Positions 40,977 to 49,546 of a DNA stretch of 64,000 bases are shown piece by piece (positions within the stretch are counted from its first letter, which is position 1; the number at the start of each line of letters is the position of its first letter). Where the stretch lies: the NCBI GenBank assembly GCA_029862005.1, contig JAOTYD010000006.1:5758-69757 (forward strand), written 5' to 3'. Position numbers and translations under genes: made by a program. Origin of the DNA: Gammaproteobacteria bacterium (GTDB lineage: Bacteria > Pseudomonadota > Gammaproteobacteria > GCA-001735895). Below the pieces are notes generated by a model. The model made no database searches. It saw only the letters and a program-made list of their open reading frames with translations, and was not told the origin of the DNA.

Positions 40977-41585
40977 ATGAAAATATTTCGCAACAAACAG
41001 AAAAAACATCGGGCATCGCCTTCCGGGTGGAAACGATTACTGGTGGTACCTATTTTTTTGACGATGTCGGCATCGCTTCCGAATTTAGCGAATGCGATGG
41101 CTATTACTGGCTTTGGTGGGCAAATATTTGGAACGGGTGGAAACGTTGTTGTTGACATCTTGCCTGCAAGTTCTGGATACACCAACGATATCAACCTTTA
41201 TTTCGCATATCCGGACCTGTCCATTGCAACGTTCATCGGTATCGACAATAATCTGGCATCCGTCGATCTGGGGTCGTTCGCCCTCGGTACCGAACTTGTT
41301 TTCGGGATCGTTAATGATCCAGGTGATATTTTCGTGATGGGCGATGCCTCGCGTAACCCAGACAATTTAATTCACGCAAATGTATTCAACACTGTAACTG
41401 GCGCTGGTTTTGTAGAATCATGGATTGTTGGTTTTGAAGATCTCCTCGGTGGTGGTGACAATGATTTCAACGACGCCTTTATTCGGGTGAACCTAGCAGC
41501 TGCTGTTCCCGAACCATCAGTTATCGCTTTATTTGCAGCGGGTCTCCTTGGTTTAGGTTTCGCTCGCCGGAGAATGCGTAGCTAA
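40977..41585 (+). CDS. PEP-CTERM sorting-domain protein with a DUF4114-like domain; putative exosortase substrate
   Basis: A 202-aa protein with a signal peptide. The C-terminus reads VPEPSVIALFAAGLLGLGFARRRMRS, which is PEP, then a transmembrane segment, then an Arg-rich tail. The motif FEDLLGGGDNDFNDAFIRV is present. Confidence 0.85.
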   Translation: MKIFRNKQKKHRASPSGWKRLLVVPIFLTMSASLPNLANAMAITGFGGQIFGTGGNVVVDILPASSGYTNDINLYFAYPDLSIATFIGIDNNLASVDLGSFALGTELVFGIVNDPGDIFVMGDASRNPDNLIHANVFNTVTGAGFVESWIVGFEDLLGGGDNDFNDAFIRVNLAAAVPEPSVIALFAAGLLGLGFARRRMRS

Positions 41586-41610
41586 TTAAAAATAAAGCGT
41601 TACCGAATAA

Positions 41611-41636
41611 GCCATCTCAATTGAGGTGGCTTTTTT
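41611..41636 (+). terminator. Rho-independent terminator after the PEP-CTERM gene
   Basis: A GCCAUCUCAAUUGAGGUGGC hairpin is followed by UUUUUU. Confidence 0.7.
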
Positions 41637-41650
41637 ATGGGGGTCCGTTT

Positions 41651-41780
41651 AGGGTCGGTCTCTGCCGCTGAGTTTTAGGATTTCAGAGTCTGCTTTCCTG
41701 TAAGCTGACACTCAAAGTCAGAGCTTCAGCGACGTTCTTCGGCCAGGAAGAGACGCTCAGCAATGAAAAAATTGGATCGG
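41651..41780 (+). repeat. Intergenic repeat copy E
   Basis: Reads GGGTCGGTCTCTGCCGCTGAG…CTGCTTTCCTGTAAGC…CTCAAAGTCAGAG…CTTCGGCCAGGAAGAGACGCTCAG…GGATCGG. Confidence 0.6.
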
Positions 41781-41782
41781 TC

Positions 41783-41884
41783 GAAGAGGTTACCGGTGCG
41801 ATATTGTATTTGGCTTCCTCGGACTCAGGCTTCACCACAAGGATTGCTTTACCGATGGACGGTGGTGCGACAGCAGGGGGCTAA
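41783..41884 (+). pseudogene. Orphan 3' fragment of a short-chain dehydrogenase/reductase (SDR) gene
   Basis: The frame reads EEVTGAILYLASSDSGFTTRIALPMDGGATAGG*, a typical SDR C-terminus (…LFLASD.S.YITG….DGG). The upstream catalytic portion is missing. It lies directly after repeat E. Confidence 0.6.
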
Positions 41885-41959
41885 GAGTTTGGTGCGTCTC
41901 ATAGCTGGGGCGTGCAGCCAGACAATTTCACTTATCACAATTTCAATCGCTCAATAACA

Positions 41960-42040
41960 GACGCTCGTTAAGCTCAGTTAAACTTCGACAATCGGCCACA
42001 TTCGGAGCTTTCTATTTTCCGGGATGCCTGTGTCTCGCTG
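41960..42040 (+). repeat. Partial or scrambled copy (H) of the intergenic repeat family
   Basis: Contains GACGCTC…TCGGCCACA…GAGCTTTCT blocks in a different order. Confidence 0.35.
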
Positions 42041-42163
42041 TGATAGAATGCATTCGGACTGTAAAAGCACCTGGTAGGTGCGCAGTTTCTACATCAATAC
42101 TGCATTGATGGACATTCATAAATACGGGTGTTTCCACACCCTACAAAAATTGAGGAGCTAAAT

Positions 42164-43144
42164 ATGAATTTATTACGTGGACGATGTCTCAGAACATTAC
42201 TTGTCGCTACCTGCTTTACCCTGTTTTCTGTTTCAGGGGTATTTGCGGCGGATAGCAACAAACCGATTCGAATCCCCTTGAAGAATTGGTCCAGCCAACT
42301 TGTTATGGCTCACGTAATCGGTGGCATGTTTGAAAGCATGGGCAACAATGTTGAATATGTACCGGTAGACAATCAAACCAGTTTCGAAGCCGTACGCAAT
42401 GGCGACATCACACTCGTCCATGAAGTCTGGCAATCCACCATGCAAAACGCTTATTACAATGCGATGGAAAAAGGCGGATTGATCGACGCGGGCACACACG
42501 AAGCTGCCACGCTGGAAGAAATGGGCGTACCGACCTGGGTAATTGAAAAGAACCTGTGCCCGGGCCTGCCGAATTGGGAAGCTCTGAAAAATTGCCACGA
42601 AGTTTTCGCAACCCCGGATTCCGGTGGCAAAGGACGCTGGTTGGAAGGCCCGCAAAGCTGGCACGGTGACGTAATGCCGAATCGAGTCAAAGGGCTGGGA
42701 TTGGATGATAACTGGACGGTTAAGTTTGCCGGTGGTGCCGATGCACTGTGGACCGAACTCAAGGCCGCTGAGAAAGAAGGCCGGGGAACTATCATATTCA
42801 ACTGGTCGCCAAACTTTACCGATGCGTCCGGATTTACCTTTATTGAATTCCCGCCGTACTTCGATGGTTGCCGAATTGCCGATGGTGGCACGCTAGAAAC
42901 AACTGGTTGTGGTTCACCACCGGGTTGGCTGAAAAAAGGTGCACACTACAAGTTTGCCAAGACGCACCCGAAAGCCTATGCAGCCTTCACCCGCCTCTCA
43001 TTTACCACACCACAGATCGGTCAAATGGCCGCACTGGTTGACGTTGACGGATTAACCGTTGAAGAAGCCGGCAAGAAATGGCTGGCCGATAACGAAGCCA
43101 TCTGGAAGCCGTGGACCGCAACAACCCTGGGGCATGGGAACTAA
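42164..43144 (+). CDS. Periplasmic substrate-binding protein of the glycine betaine/choline-binding (OpuAC/ProX-like) type. The start is revised to the ATG at 42164.
   Basis: A signal peptide (MNLLRGRCLRTLLVATCFTLFSVSGVFA) follows the RBS GAGGAG. The mature part has an OpuAC-like fold. No cognate permease or ATPase genes are adjacent. Confidence 0.7.
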   Translation: MNLLRGRCLRTLLVATCFTLFSVSGVFAADSNKPIRIPLKNWSSQLVMAHVIGGMFESMGNNVEYVPVDNQTSFEAVRNGDITLVHEVWQSTMQNAYYNAMEKGGLIDAGTHEAATLEEMGVPTWVIEKNLCPGLPNWEALKNCHEVFATPDSGGKGRWLEGPQSWHGDVMPNRVKGLGLDDNWTVKFAGGADALWTELKAAEKEGRGTIIFNWSPNFTDASGFTFIEFPPYFDGCRIADGGTLETTGCGSPPGWLKKGAHYKFAKTHPKAYAAFTRLSFTTPQIGQMAALVDVDGLTVEEAGKKWLADNEAIWKPWTATTLGHGN

Positions 43145-43540
43145 GCTAACTATCTGTACAGGTGGTTGACGTTAAAAAAGGCGTTATCCGTGAAAATTCA
43201 CTTGGCGCCCCCTCCGTTATAGGTGGGGGCACTGATTGCTATCTCTAATCACGCCAGATGTTTTCAATCATTTCGGTTTTCTCCGAAGATGATTGGATTT
43301 GCGGCGTTTCAAATTGAATGTTTGAGACTGACCGAGAATCGTTGTCGCGATTGGTATTTTGCATCACGGAGTATCCCAATTCACAACTACCGACCACATT
43401 ACGTTCACGAGCCGTATGGTATTAATCAAAGGACGAGAATTAATAACAGTAGGTGAATAAACAAAGGTACTAACGAAAATAATCACTTTGAGATAAGTGA
43501 TTCGCCATAGGGTAAATCCTTATATATCAGGTGTCTGAAA

Positions 43541-43650
43541 AGGATCGTAAATTGTCGCTGAATTGTCGAGATTAAGCGGCAGCTTTCTCGTGAGCAGACG
43601 CTGAAAAATACTAATCGGGCTTCAGAGAACGGCCAGGAACGGTCACTGGA
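43541..43650 (+). repeat. Intergenic repeat copy B
   Basis: Reads GGATCGTAAATTGTCGCTGAAT…GGCAGCTTTCTCG…GACGCTGAAAAA…CTTCAGAGAACGGCCAGGAACGGTC. Confidence 0.6.
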
Positions 43651-43795
43651 TTCCAACCTGTATCACTCAAGATATTTACAACATCTCAGAGTTGGTACCT
43701 GTTTCGATAATGCATATTGAGTGGTGATGGCCTAAATAAAGATTACTTTTACCTGTAGACTCATGCTTGAGTTCACCTATTGGTAGGAGAGTAAT

Positions 43796-44656
43796 ATGAG
43801 TGATATTACGGTTATCGGTCTTGGAGTGATGGGTTCGGCACTAGCACAAACGCTCCTACAATCCGGATACAAGGTTACCGTATGGAATCGGACCCCCAAT
43901 AAAGCTGCTGATCTGGCAGATCGAGGAGCGATTACAGCAGTTTCATGCTCCGAAGCTATAGCCGCCAGCCCATTGATTGTTATCTGCATCAAATCCCACA
44001 GCGATACCCGCCAACTACTCGAGTCCGCAGAAAACCTGAAATCCAAAAATATAATCGAGCTAAGCACCGGCAGTGCGCCCGAGGCTGAGTCACTCGCAGA
44101 ATGGGTACGTAGCGAAGGGGCTGGATGCTTAATCGGAATGATTTGCACTTTTCCGCGTGATATCGGTAACGAGGATTCGACGATTGTTACCGTGGGAGAC
44201 GAGGCTCTATGGGAACAATCCCAAAAAATGTTGAAGACCCTTGCCGGGAAATCAACTTACATCGGAGATAATATCGGATCTCTGGCGATTCTTTATAGCG
44301 CGTTGTTTTTACCGCGTCAGGGATTTATGTTCGGGATGATATACGGCGCTCTACTTTGTAAAAAAGCCAGCCTGTCTATGCAAACCTATGTTGAGCTAAT
44401 GCCGCTTACAATCAAGGTAGTGAATGACTACTACGACGTTTTTGCCTCTTCCGTGCTTTCCGACAATTATTCAGACCCACAAGCATCCATAGACACGTAC
44501 ATAGCCGCTTTTGCAGATACGCTTGAGTCGTTTCGTAATCACGATGTTAACGATGAACTGCCTAAATTGATGGCTAGATTGCTCGATCAGGGTGCTAATG
44601 CTGGTCTGGGTGATAAACAGATAACCTCTCTGATTAATGTGTTGAGCAATGAATAA
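43796..44656 (+). CDS. NAD(P)-binding oxidoreductase, 6-phosphogluconate/3-hydroxyisobutyrate dehydrogenase-like
   Basis: A 286-aa protein with the Rossmann motif ITVIGLGVMGSALAQTL and a dehydrogenase C-terminal domain. Confidence 0.75.
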   Translation: MSDITVIGLGVMGSALAQTLLQSGYKVTVWNRTPNKAADLADRGAITAVSCSEAIAASPLIVICIKSHSDTRQLLESAENLKSKNIIELSTGSAPEAESLAEWVRSEGAGCLIGMICTFPRDIGNEDSTIVTVGDEALWEQSQKMLKTLAGKSTYIGDNIGSLAILYSALFLPRQGFMFGMIYGALLCKKASLSMQTYVELMPLTIKVVNDYYDVFASSVLSDNYSDPQASIDTYIAAFADTLESFRNHDVNDELPKLMARLLDQGANAGLGDKQITSLINVLSNE

Positions 44657-44659
44657 CCC

Positions 44660-44772
44660 AGGCATGCCAAAATCACTCTAGGCGAATCCCCTAAGCGGAC
44701 TCTCGTAAAACCTTGTTGGGGGACAATCTTCGGCCAGAATCGGACGCTCAAAAAAACAAATGCTAGATCGGA
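44660..44772 (+). repeat. Intergenic repeat copy F
   Basis: Reads …TCTCGTAAAACCTTGTTGGGGGACAATCTTCGGCCAGAATCGGACGCTC…AGATCGG. Confidence 0.55.
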
Positions 44773-44838
44773 TATGCGAACCTTAAACGATATTTGTAAC
44801 CAACTGTTAAAATTCGATAGTAGAATAATGAAACTCGA

Positions 44839-45366
44839 TTGTTGATCGAAGATTATAATTGGCGAGTCGGTGAAGTGATGAGAAAAATGGAGCGACATGC
44901 GCGATTTAGGAGGTTTCTAAGCGATATCTCCGTTCACACACCATTTACCAAAATGGTGATTCTATTAGCTGTGCTGTGGCTAACGTTTTCTGCCGGTGTG
45001 TATCTCGCCGAGCGAGGTATAGAAGCAACATCTATCGATTCTTATGGGAAAGCATTGTATTGGGGGATAGCCGCCTTTTCTACAGCGGGAATCGCCGATG
45101 CACCGATCTCTGGTGCAGCGCAAGTGGTTGGTGGTCTTTGGATAGTCCTTGGTTCGGTTTTGTTCTTCGGGACCATCGTGGCGACCGTTACGACCTATTT
45201 TATGAGACCAATGCAGCGCCCACATAGGAAGATCATTGATACGATAGAATATAACCTCGAGCAATTAGATAACCTGACGATCGACGAACTCGATTTATTA
45301 AGAGAAACAACTGACACGCTAATTGTGCATGTCGAACGCTTAAAGAAAAAACAATCAAGAGAATAA
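44839..45366 (+). CDS. Two-TM ion-channel-like (Ion_trans_2 / K+-channel-like) protein with a non-canonical pore sequence
   Basis: A 175-aa product with two transmembrane helices flanking a pore-helix-like segment (YWGIAAFSTAGIADAP). The start could be an internal Met at 44878. Confidence 0.55.
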   Translation: MLIEDYNWRVGEVMRKMERHARFRRFLSDISVHTPFTKMVILLAVLWLTFSAGVYLAERGIEATSIDSYGKALYWGIAAFSTAGIADAPISGAAQVVGGLWIVLGSVLFFGTIVATVTTYFMRPMQRPHRKIIDTIEYNLEQLDNLTIDELDLLRETTDTLIVHVERLKKKQSRE

Positions 45367-45439
45367 TCGAAATCTAACGATGGTTTAGATGGTTTGTATT
45401 ATTTTTGGCGGTTCAAGCGGGATTTTCCAAGCCTACCGC

Positions 45440-45570
45440 GAATGATGGAAATGGGTTGTTAGCTCCCCCTAAAATCACAATTCTGAACGCCGGCTTTCCC
45501 GATAGCGGGCCCTCAATTTCAGAACTTCAGAGGCGACCTTGCGCCAGAAGCGGACCCTTAGGGCGGCATT
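45440..45570 (+). repeat. Intergenic repeat copy G
   Basis: Reads …TTTCAGAACTTCAGAGGCGACCTTGCGCCAGAAGCGGACCC…. Confidence 0.45.
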
Positions 45571-45669
45571 AAGTTAACTGTCAATATAATTCACATTTTA
45601 TAAAAAGACTCTGTTTGATTTCCTGAGTTACAATCACAATCCGAAAATCAAACAAAAATCGAAAGTGAC

Positions 45670-46998
45670 ATGGTCAATGAGTCTACGGAAACGGTCAGTA
45701 CAGAAGAAAATCTAGATCCCATTGCTATCAGCGAGGAGCAGTTCAATCGCGCATCGTATCACGTCAAAGGTCTTAAAAGAGGCTTGGTGGAGTTCCTGAA
45801 AAAACCCAAGCGCGTGAATATTATAAATTTCCCGGTCGAGATGGACGATGAGAGCGTGCAAAGTTTCCAGGGCTTCCGCGTACAGCACAATCGCGTATTC
45901 GGTCCCGGCAAAGGCGGAATCCGATATCACCCGGATGTCACGATGGAAGACGTCATTTCGCTGGCCAAGCTGATGACCTGGAAGTGCGCGCTGGTTAATG
46001 TCCCCTTCGGAGGCGCCAAGGGTGGCCTCGTTTGCGATCCCAAGAAGCTGAGTGAAAAGGAACTGCGTCGTATCACACGTCGTTATACCTCCGAGCTGTA
46101 CGACGAGCTTGGGCCACATCAGGACATCCCCGCGCCCGACCTCTATACCAATGAGCAGACCATGGCCTGGATATACGACACCTATGATGTTTTGCATCCG
46201 GGTTTCAACAACCGGCCGGTGGTGACCGGCAAACCTATCGAAATGGGTGGTTCCTATGGCCGCTACGAGGCGACTGGCAACGGTTGCCTGTTCTCCACGC
46301 AACGCTTTTTGTCCAAGGCGCTAATCCCGGATCATCAGGATGTTACAGGAATGCGCATCGCCATCCAGGGTTTTGGTGACGTCGGTGCAGTCGCAGCGAA
46401 CGCTTTTCATCGTCAGGGCGCAAAGATTATCGCGGTCAGTGACAGTAAGGGCGGAATCTATAGCGAAGCGGGATTGAATCCGGAGGATGTAGAAGGTTTC
46501 AAGGGTCGGCAGGGAACCGTGGTCGGATTGAAAGATACCATGACCATCACCAACGAGGAACTACTAGAACTGGAGTGCGACATTCTGTTGCCGGCTGCGC
46601 TCGGAAACCAGATTCATGCAGGCAACGCGTCCAATATCAAGGCCAGTCTGGTCGTTGAGGGCGCAAACAATCCGACTACGCCGCTGGCCGACCGGATTTT
46701 ACAGGAACGTGGAATTCATGTGTTGCCAGACATCCTCGTTAACGCCGGTGGTGTCACGGTCAGCTATTACGAATGGGTGCAGAACCAAGTTAACGAGCAA
46801 TGGGACTACGATACCACCACCGAAAAGATGCATTCCAAAATTTATGCAGCCGTGGACACGGTGTTTGACCGCTGGCAGTCGTTCGTCGTCGGTGAAGAAT
46901 CAACGCGGAATCACACGCCTGATTTTCGCACAATCGCCCTGATGATCGCCATTGAACGTGTCGCGCATGCGACCTTGTTACGCGGAATATGGCCATGA
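45670..46998 (+). CDS. gdh: Glu/Leu/Phe/Val-family amino-acid dehydrogenase, a likely glutamate dehydrogenase
   Basis: A 442-aa protein. The catalytic Lys region is KGGIRYHPDV…VPFGGAKGG, and the NAD(P) motif is GFGDVGA. Confidence 0.88.
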   Translation: MVNESTETVSTEENLDPIAISEEQFNRASYHVKGLKRGLVEFLKKPKRVNIINFPVEMDDESVQSFQGFRVQHNRVFGPGKGGIRYHPDVTMEDVISLAKLMTWKCALVNVPFGGAKGGLVCDPKKLSEKELRRITRRYTSELYDELGPHQDIPAPDLYTNEQTMAWIYDTYDVLHPGFNNRPVVTGKPIEMGGSYGRYEATGNGCLFSTQRFLSKALIPDHQDVTGMRIAIQGFGDVGAVAANAFHRQGAKIIAVSDSKGGIYSEAGLNPEDVEGFKGRQGTVVGLKDTMTITNEELLELECDILLPAALGNQIHAGNASNIKASLVVEGANNPTTPLADRILQERGIHVLPDILVNAGGVTVSYYEWVQNQVNEQWDYDTTTEKMHSKIYAAVDTVFDRWQSFVVGEESTRNHTPDFRTIALMIAIERVAHATLLRGIWP

Positions 46999-47023
46999 AT
47001 CAATAGGACGGGTGTCCATTTTG

Positions 47024-47125
47024 GGTCGTAAATCGTCGCTGAATAACATAGCTTGAGCGTCTCCTTTCTCGTACGCAGATTCTCATAAAAAATCATAGCG
47101 GGAGGTAATATTCGGCCGATAGCTG
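47024..47125 (+). repeat. Intergenic repeat copy C
   Basis: Reads GGGTCGTAAATCGTCGCTGAATAAC…CTCCTTTCTCGTACGCAGA…TATTCGGCCGATAGC. Confidence 0.55.
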
Positions 47126-47177
47126 CTATTTGTTTTATCTGGAGATGACTATTTGATAGTGCAGGTTGTCAGCCTGA

Positions 47178-48152
47178 TTACCGAGTAACCTTTATGTTGC
47201 TGATCAACTCAAATTTATCGGGGATATTGCCATCAATGTCTTTGAAGTAACAGTTTGCATGGTTTGGTTTGCCATTCACAAAGAATGTGCAAAAGAGAGC
47301 ACCAAAGTTGGCGCCCTGATCAAAAGTATAGACAGATGCCCACCACGGATCATTGTGACGATATTGTCTGCTTATGCTTAGACCCCCCAATCCTGAGACG
47401 AAGGCGAAGCTTTTTCCCTCTTCGATTACCATCTTATTCGCGGTCGAAGCTATGCGCTGCTTTTTAAAGCTGCTCATCAGATGTGTCCGTGAATATGAGT
47501 GTGTGTGACCCGTAGCCACGATTGCTCCCCCCTCGCGGCAGACTCGAAAGGGCTTCCAACCTACCTGGCTACCTTTCACCCCAACCTGCATCTTTTTTTG
47601 AGACTTGTGCCAGGAACAAATCCTCCATATGGAGTCAGTTTGAGCTAACTGTTTGCGTATATAAGCAACGTGATCGGGATTGTTCTTCGTGATGCTTGTT
47701 CCAATGCCCGAAAGAATGAAGAACAATCCTCGAAAAGTGCATACAGATTGCACGCCAAGATCACCACCGCAATTTATCTCGTCTATTCTGTCCAAACGGG
47801 CTTGCAACTTATCTTGATAGCCATCAGGTGAGTACCAAAGAATATCGTGGTTGCCGATGGATGCCAGATACGGGAAGTCCTCCCCAAGAATGTCTGTTAT
47901 AAAGTTATCCCATCTAGTGGGATTGTTTTCGTAATCCAGATCCCCCTGATGCAACACTAAATCAGCACCCTCATCCTTGATCAATCGAAGTACCGCCCTG
48001 GAGTCACTGTTTATCCCCTGATCACCAATAAATGCGACGGTTACGGACTGCAATGATGCCAGGTTCTGAGAGCTGGCCCCGTTGAGCAAAGCGCAGTCGA
48101 CAAAGACTACTGCCAGTATAAAACAGACTGCGGCCGTTACTCGATTTCTCAT
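47178..48152 (-). CDS. Secreted calcineurin-like metallophosphoesterase, purple-acid-phosphatase-like
   Basis: A 324-aa protein with a signal peptide and GDQG…GDLDY…GNHD motifs. Confidence 0.75.
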   Translation of the reverse strand: MRNRVTAAVCFILAVVFVDCALLNGASSQNLASLQSVTVAFIGDQGINSDSRAVLRLIKDEGADLVLHQGDLDYENNPTRWDNFITDILGEDFPYLASIGNHDILWYSPDGYQDKLQARLDRIDEINCGGDLGVQSVCTFRGLFFILSGIGTSITKNNPDHVAYIRKQLAQTDSIWRICSWHKSQKKMQVGVKGSQVGWKPFRVCREGGAIVATGHTHSYSRTHLMSSFKKQRIASTANKMVIEEGKSFAFVSGLGGLSISRQYRHNDPWWASVYTFDQGANFGALFCTFFVNGKPNHANCYFKDIDGNIPDKFELISNIKVTR

Positions 48153-48467
48153 TATTTTAAATTTACTCGGATGCCCACCGGGTTACCATTTTGTAAAACA
48201 GGCACTAGATTAGTCGAAACGGGGAAATAATTAAAATAAGCGAGTGTCTCAGTTGGTGTTATCAGACTCCCTTTTGTAAAATCTCAGTGTCTGCTTCCGC
48301 ATTTGTGGGGCATTCAATGCAAGTACCAAATTTAGTACATCATAGGGCAGCAGATGCCAATATATGGCAACATTTAAACGGCGCTTAGAATCCGGCATAA
48401 AAAAGCGTTCGCTATCTACGTTAAATAACGGTTATCTGCAAGCCATAGGGCGTATTTCGAAAATCAC

Positions 48468-49502
48468 ATGAAAGCCAGAATATTCAGGCAATGCCAGGAA
48501 CTGTTCCCGGAATGGTCAACCCTCTCGATAGCAGATTTCGAATTTGATGATCCCAAGGGTTTTTCGTCATTTACCATGGGTATCCGGTCTAACAGGCCGG
48601 TGCAACCAGGCGCGGTCCTCTACCGTCGCATCGAGGGGAAAGAAAACGCGATACTGGATTTTGAAACCGAAAAGGAAGTGTTCCTCACCCTGGGTGCCCA
48701 CGACATTGCCGCCCACTGTCACTACTACGATAAAACCTGCCGTATCGAGGCTTTCCACCGGGGGCGCAGCCTGATAGCCGACGATTTATTCGACCCTGAT
48801 ACCCTGCGGCAGATCGCCAACCAGCTTTATCGCTTTCATCAACTGATGCCGACGGGCCTGCCGCGACAATCCTTTTTTGAAATGCTGCATCACAAGTGGG
48901 GAAAACTGGCAAAACGAGTGCTCGAAAAGGAAACCGGCAGTTTTCCGGCCAATGAGCAAGCCATGTGCGAGGAATTGCGTGAGATCTACAGCCCGGATAC
49001 CCGTGCCAAGGTGCAGCAATGTCTGCCCGAGGGCGAGTTAACTTTTTGCCACAATGACACTTACCACGGCAATATCATGAAGCTCGACAGCGGCGAGATA
49101 AGACTGGTTGATTTCGAGTTTTCCTGCCTCAACCACAGGACTTACGATTTCGCCAATTTATTTGCCGAAACGGTGATGCGCCATCAGCAACCGGAAAATC
49201 CCTACTTCCGTATTGCCGAGCCGGAATACAGCGACCATGAACTCGGTCTGTTGATCAATTACTACCTTGACAACGCCGAGTTCGAAAGCCAGCAATCAAG
49301 AGAAAATGAATTTCGGAAACTGCTGCGTGACACCAGGACGATGCTGATAGTGTCAGACTATAAATACGCCATGGCGGCTTTGCCATTAGCAGTCAATCCC
49401 GTCCAGAAGATTCGTTTTATCCCGTATGCTTACCAGCGCTTCAACAAGTTCCTGGCAACTTACGAAACACTGAGAAAGCAATTGTCGCCGCAAACTCCAT
49501 GA
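48468..49502 (+). CDS. Phosphotransferase of the choline/ethanolamine-kinase–APH family
   Basis: A 344-aa protein with Brenner and catalytic-loop motifs (FCHNDTYHGNIM…LVDFEF). Confidence 0.7.
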   Translation: MKARIFRQCQELFPEWSTLSIADFEFDDPKGFSSFTMGIRSNRPVQPGAVLYRRIEGKENAILDFETEKEVFLTLGAHDIAAHCHYYDKTCRIEAFHRGRSLIADDLFDPDTLRQIANQLYRFHQLMPTGLPRQSFFEMLHHKWGKLAKRVLEKETGSFPANEQAMCEELREIYSPDTRAKVQQCLPEGELTFCHNDTYHGNIMKLDSGEIRLVDFEFSCLNHRTYDFANLFAETVMRHQQPENPYFRIAEPEYSDHELGLLINYYLDNAEFESQQSRENEFRKLLRDTRTMLIVSDYKYAMAALPLAVNPVQKIRFIPYAYQRFNKFLATYETLRKQLSPQTP

Positions 49503-49546
49503 TATTTGGCTAATTTGTAATCGAGTTAAGCGCTGTGCCGGCAATT

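Noticed and set aside
41672-41782. An in-frame upstream extension of the SDR fragment reading …FFGQEETLSNEKIGS.
   Set aside because: This sequence is repeat copy E. The same CTTCGGCCAGGAA block occurs non-coding in copies D, B and F. Only the distal 34 codons show SDR similarity.
40190-47125. A firm assignment of the repeats as bona fide attC sites.
   Set aside because: I could not identify convincing R''/R' (RYYYAAC/GTTRRRY) core sites or a full-length imperfect palindrome by eye. This is kept as a hypothesis, not a feature call.
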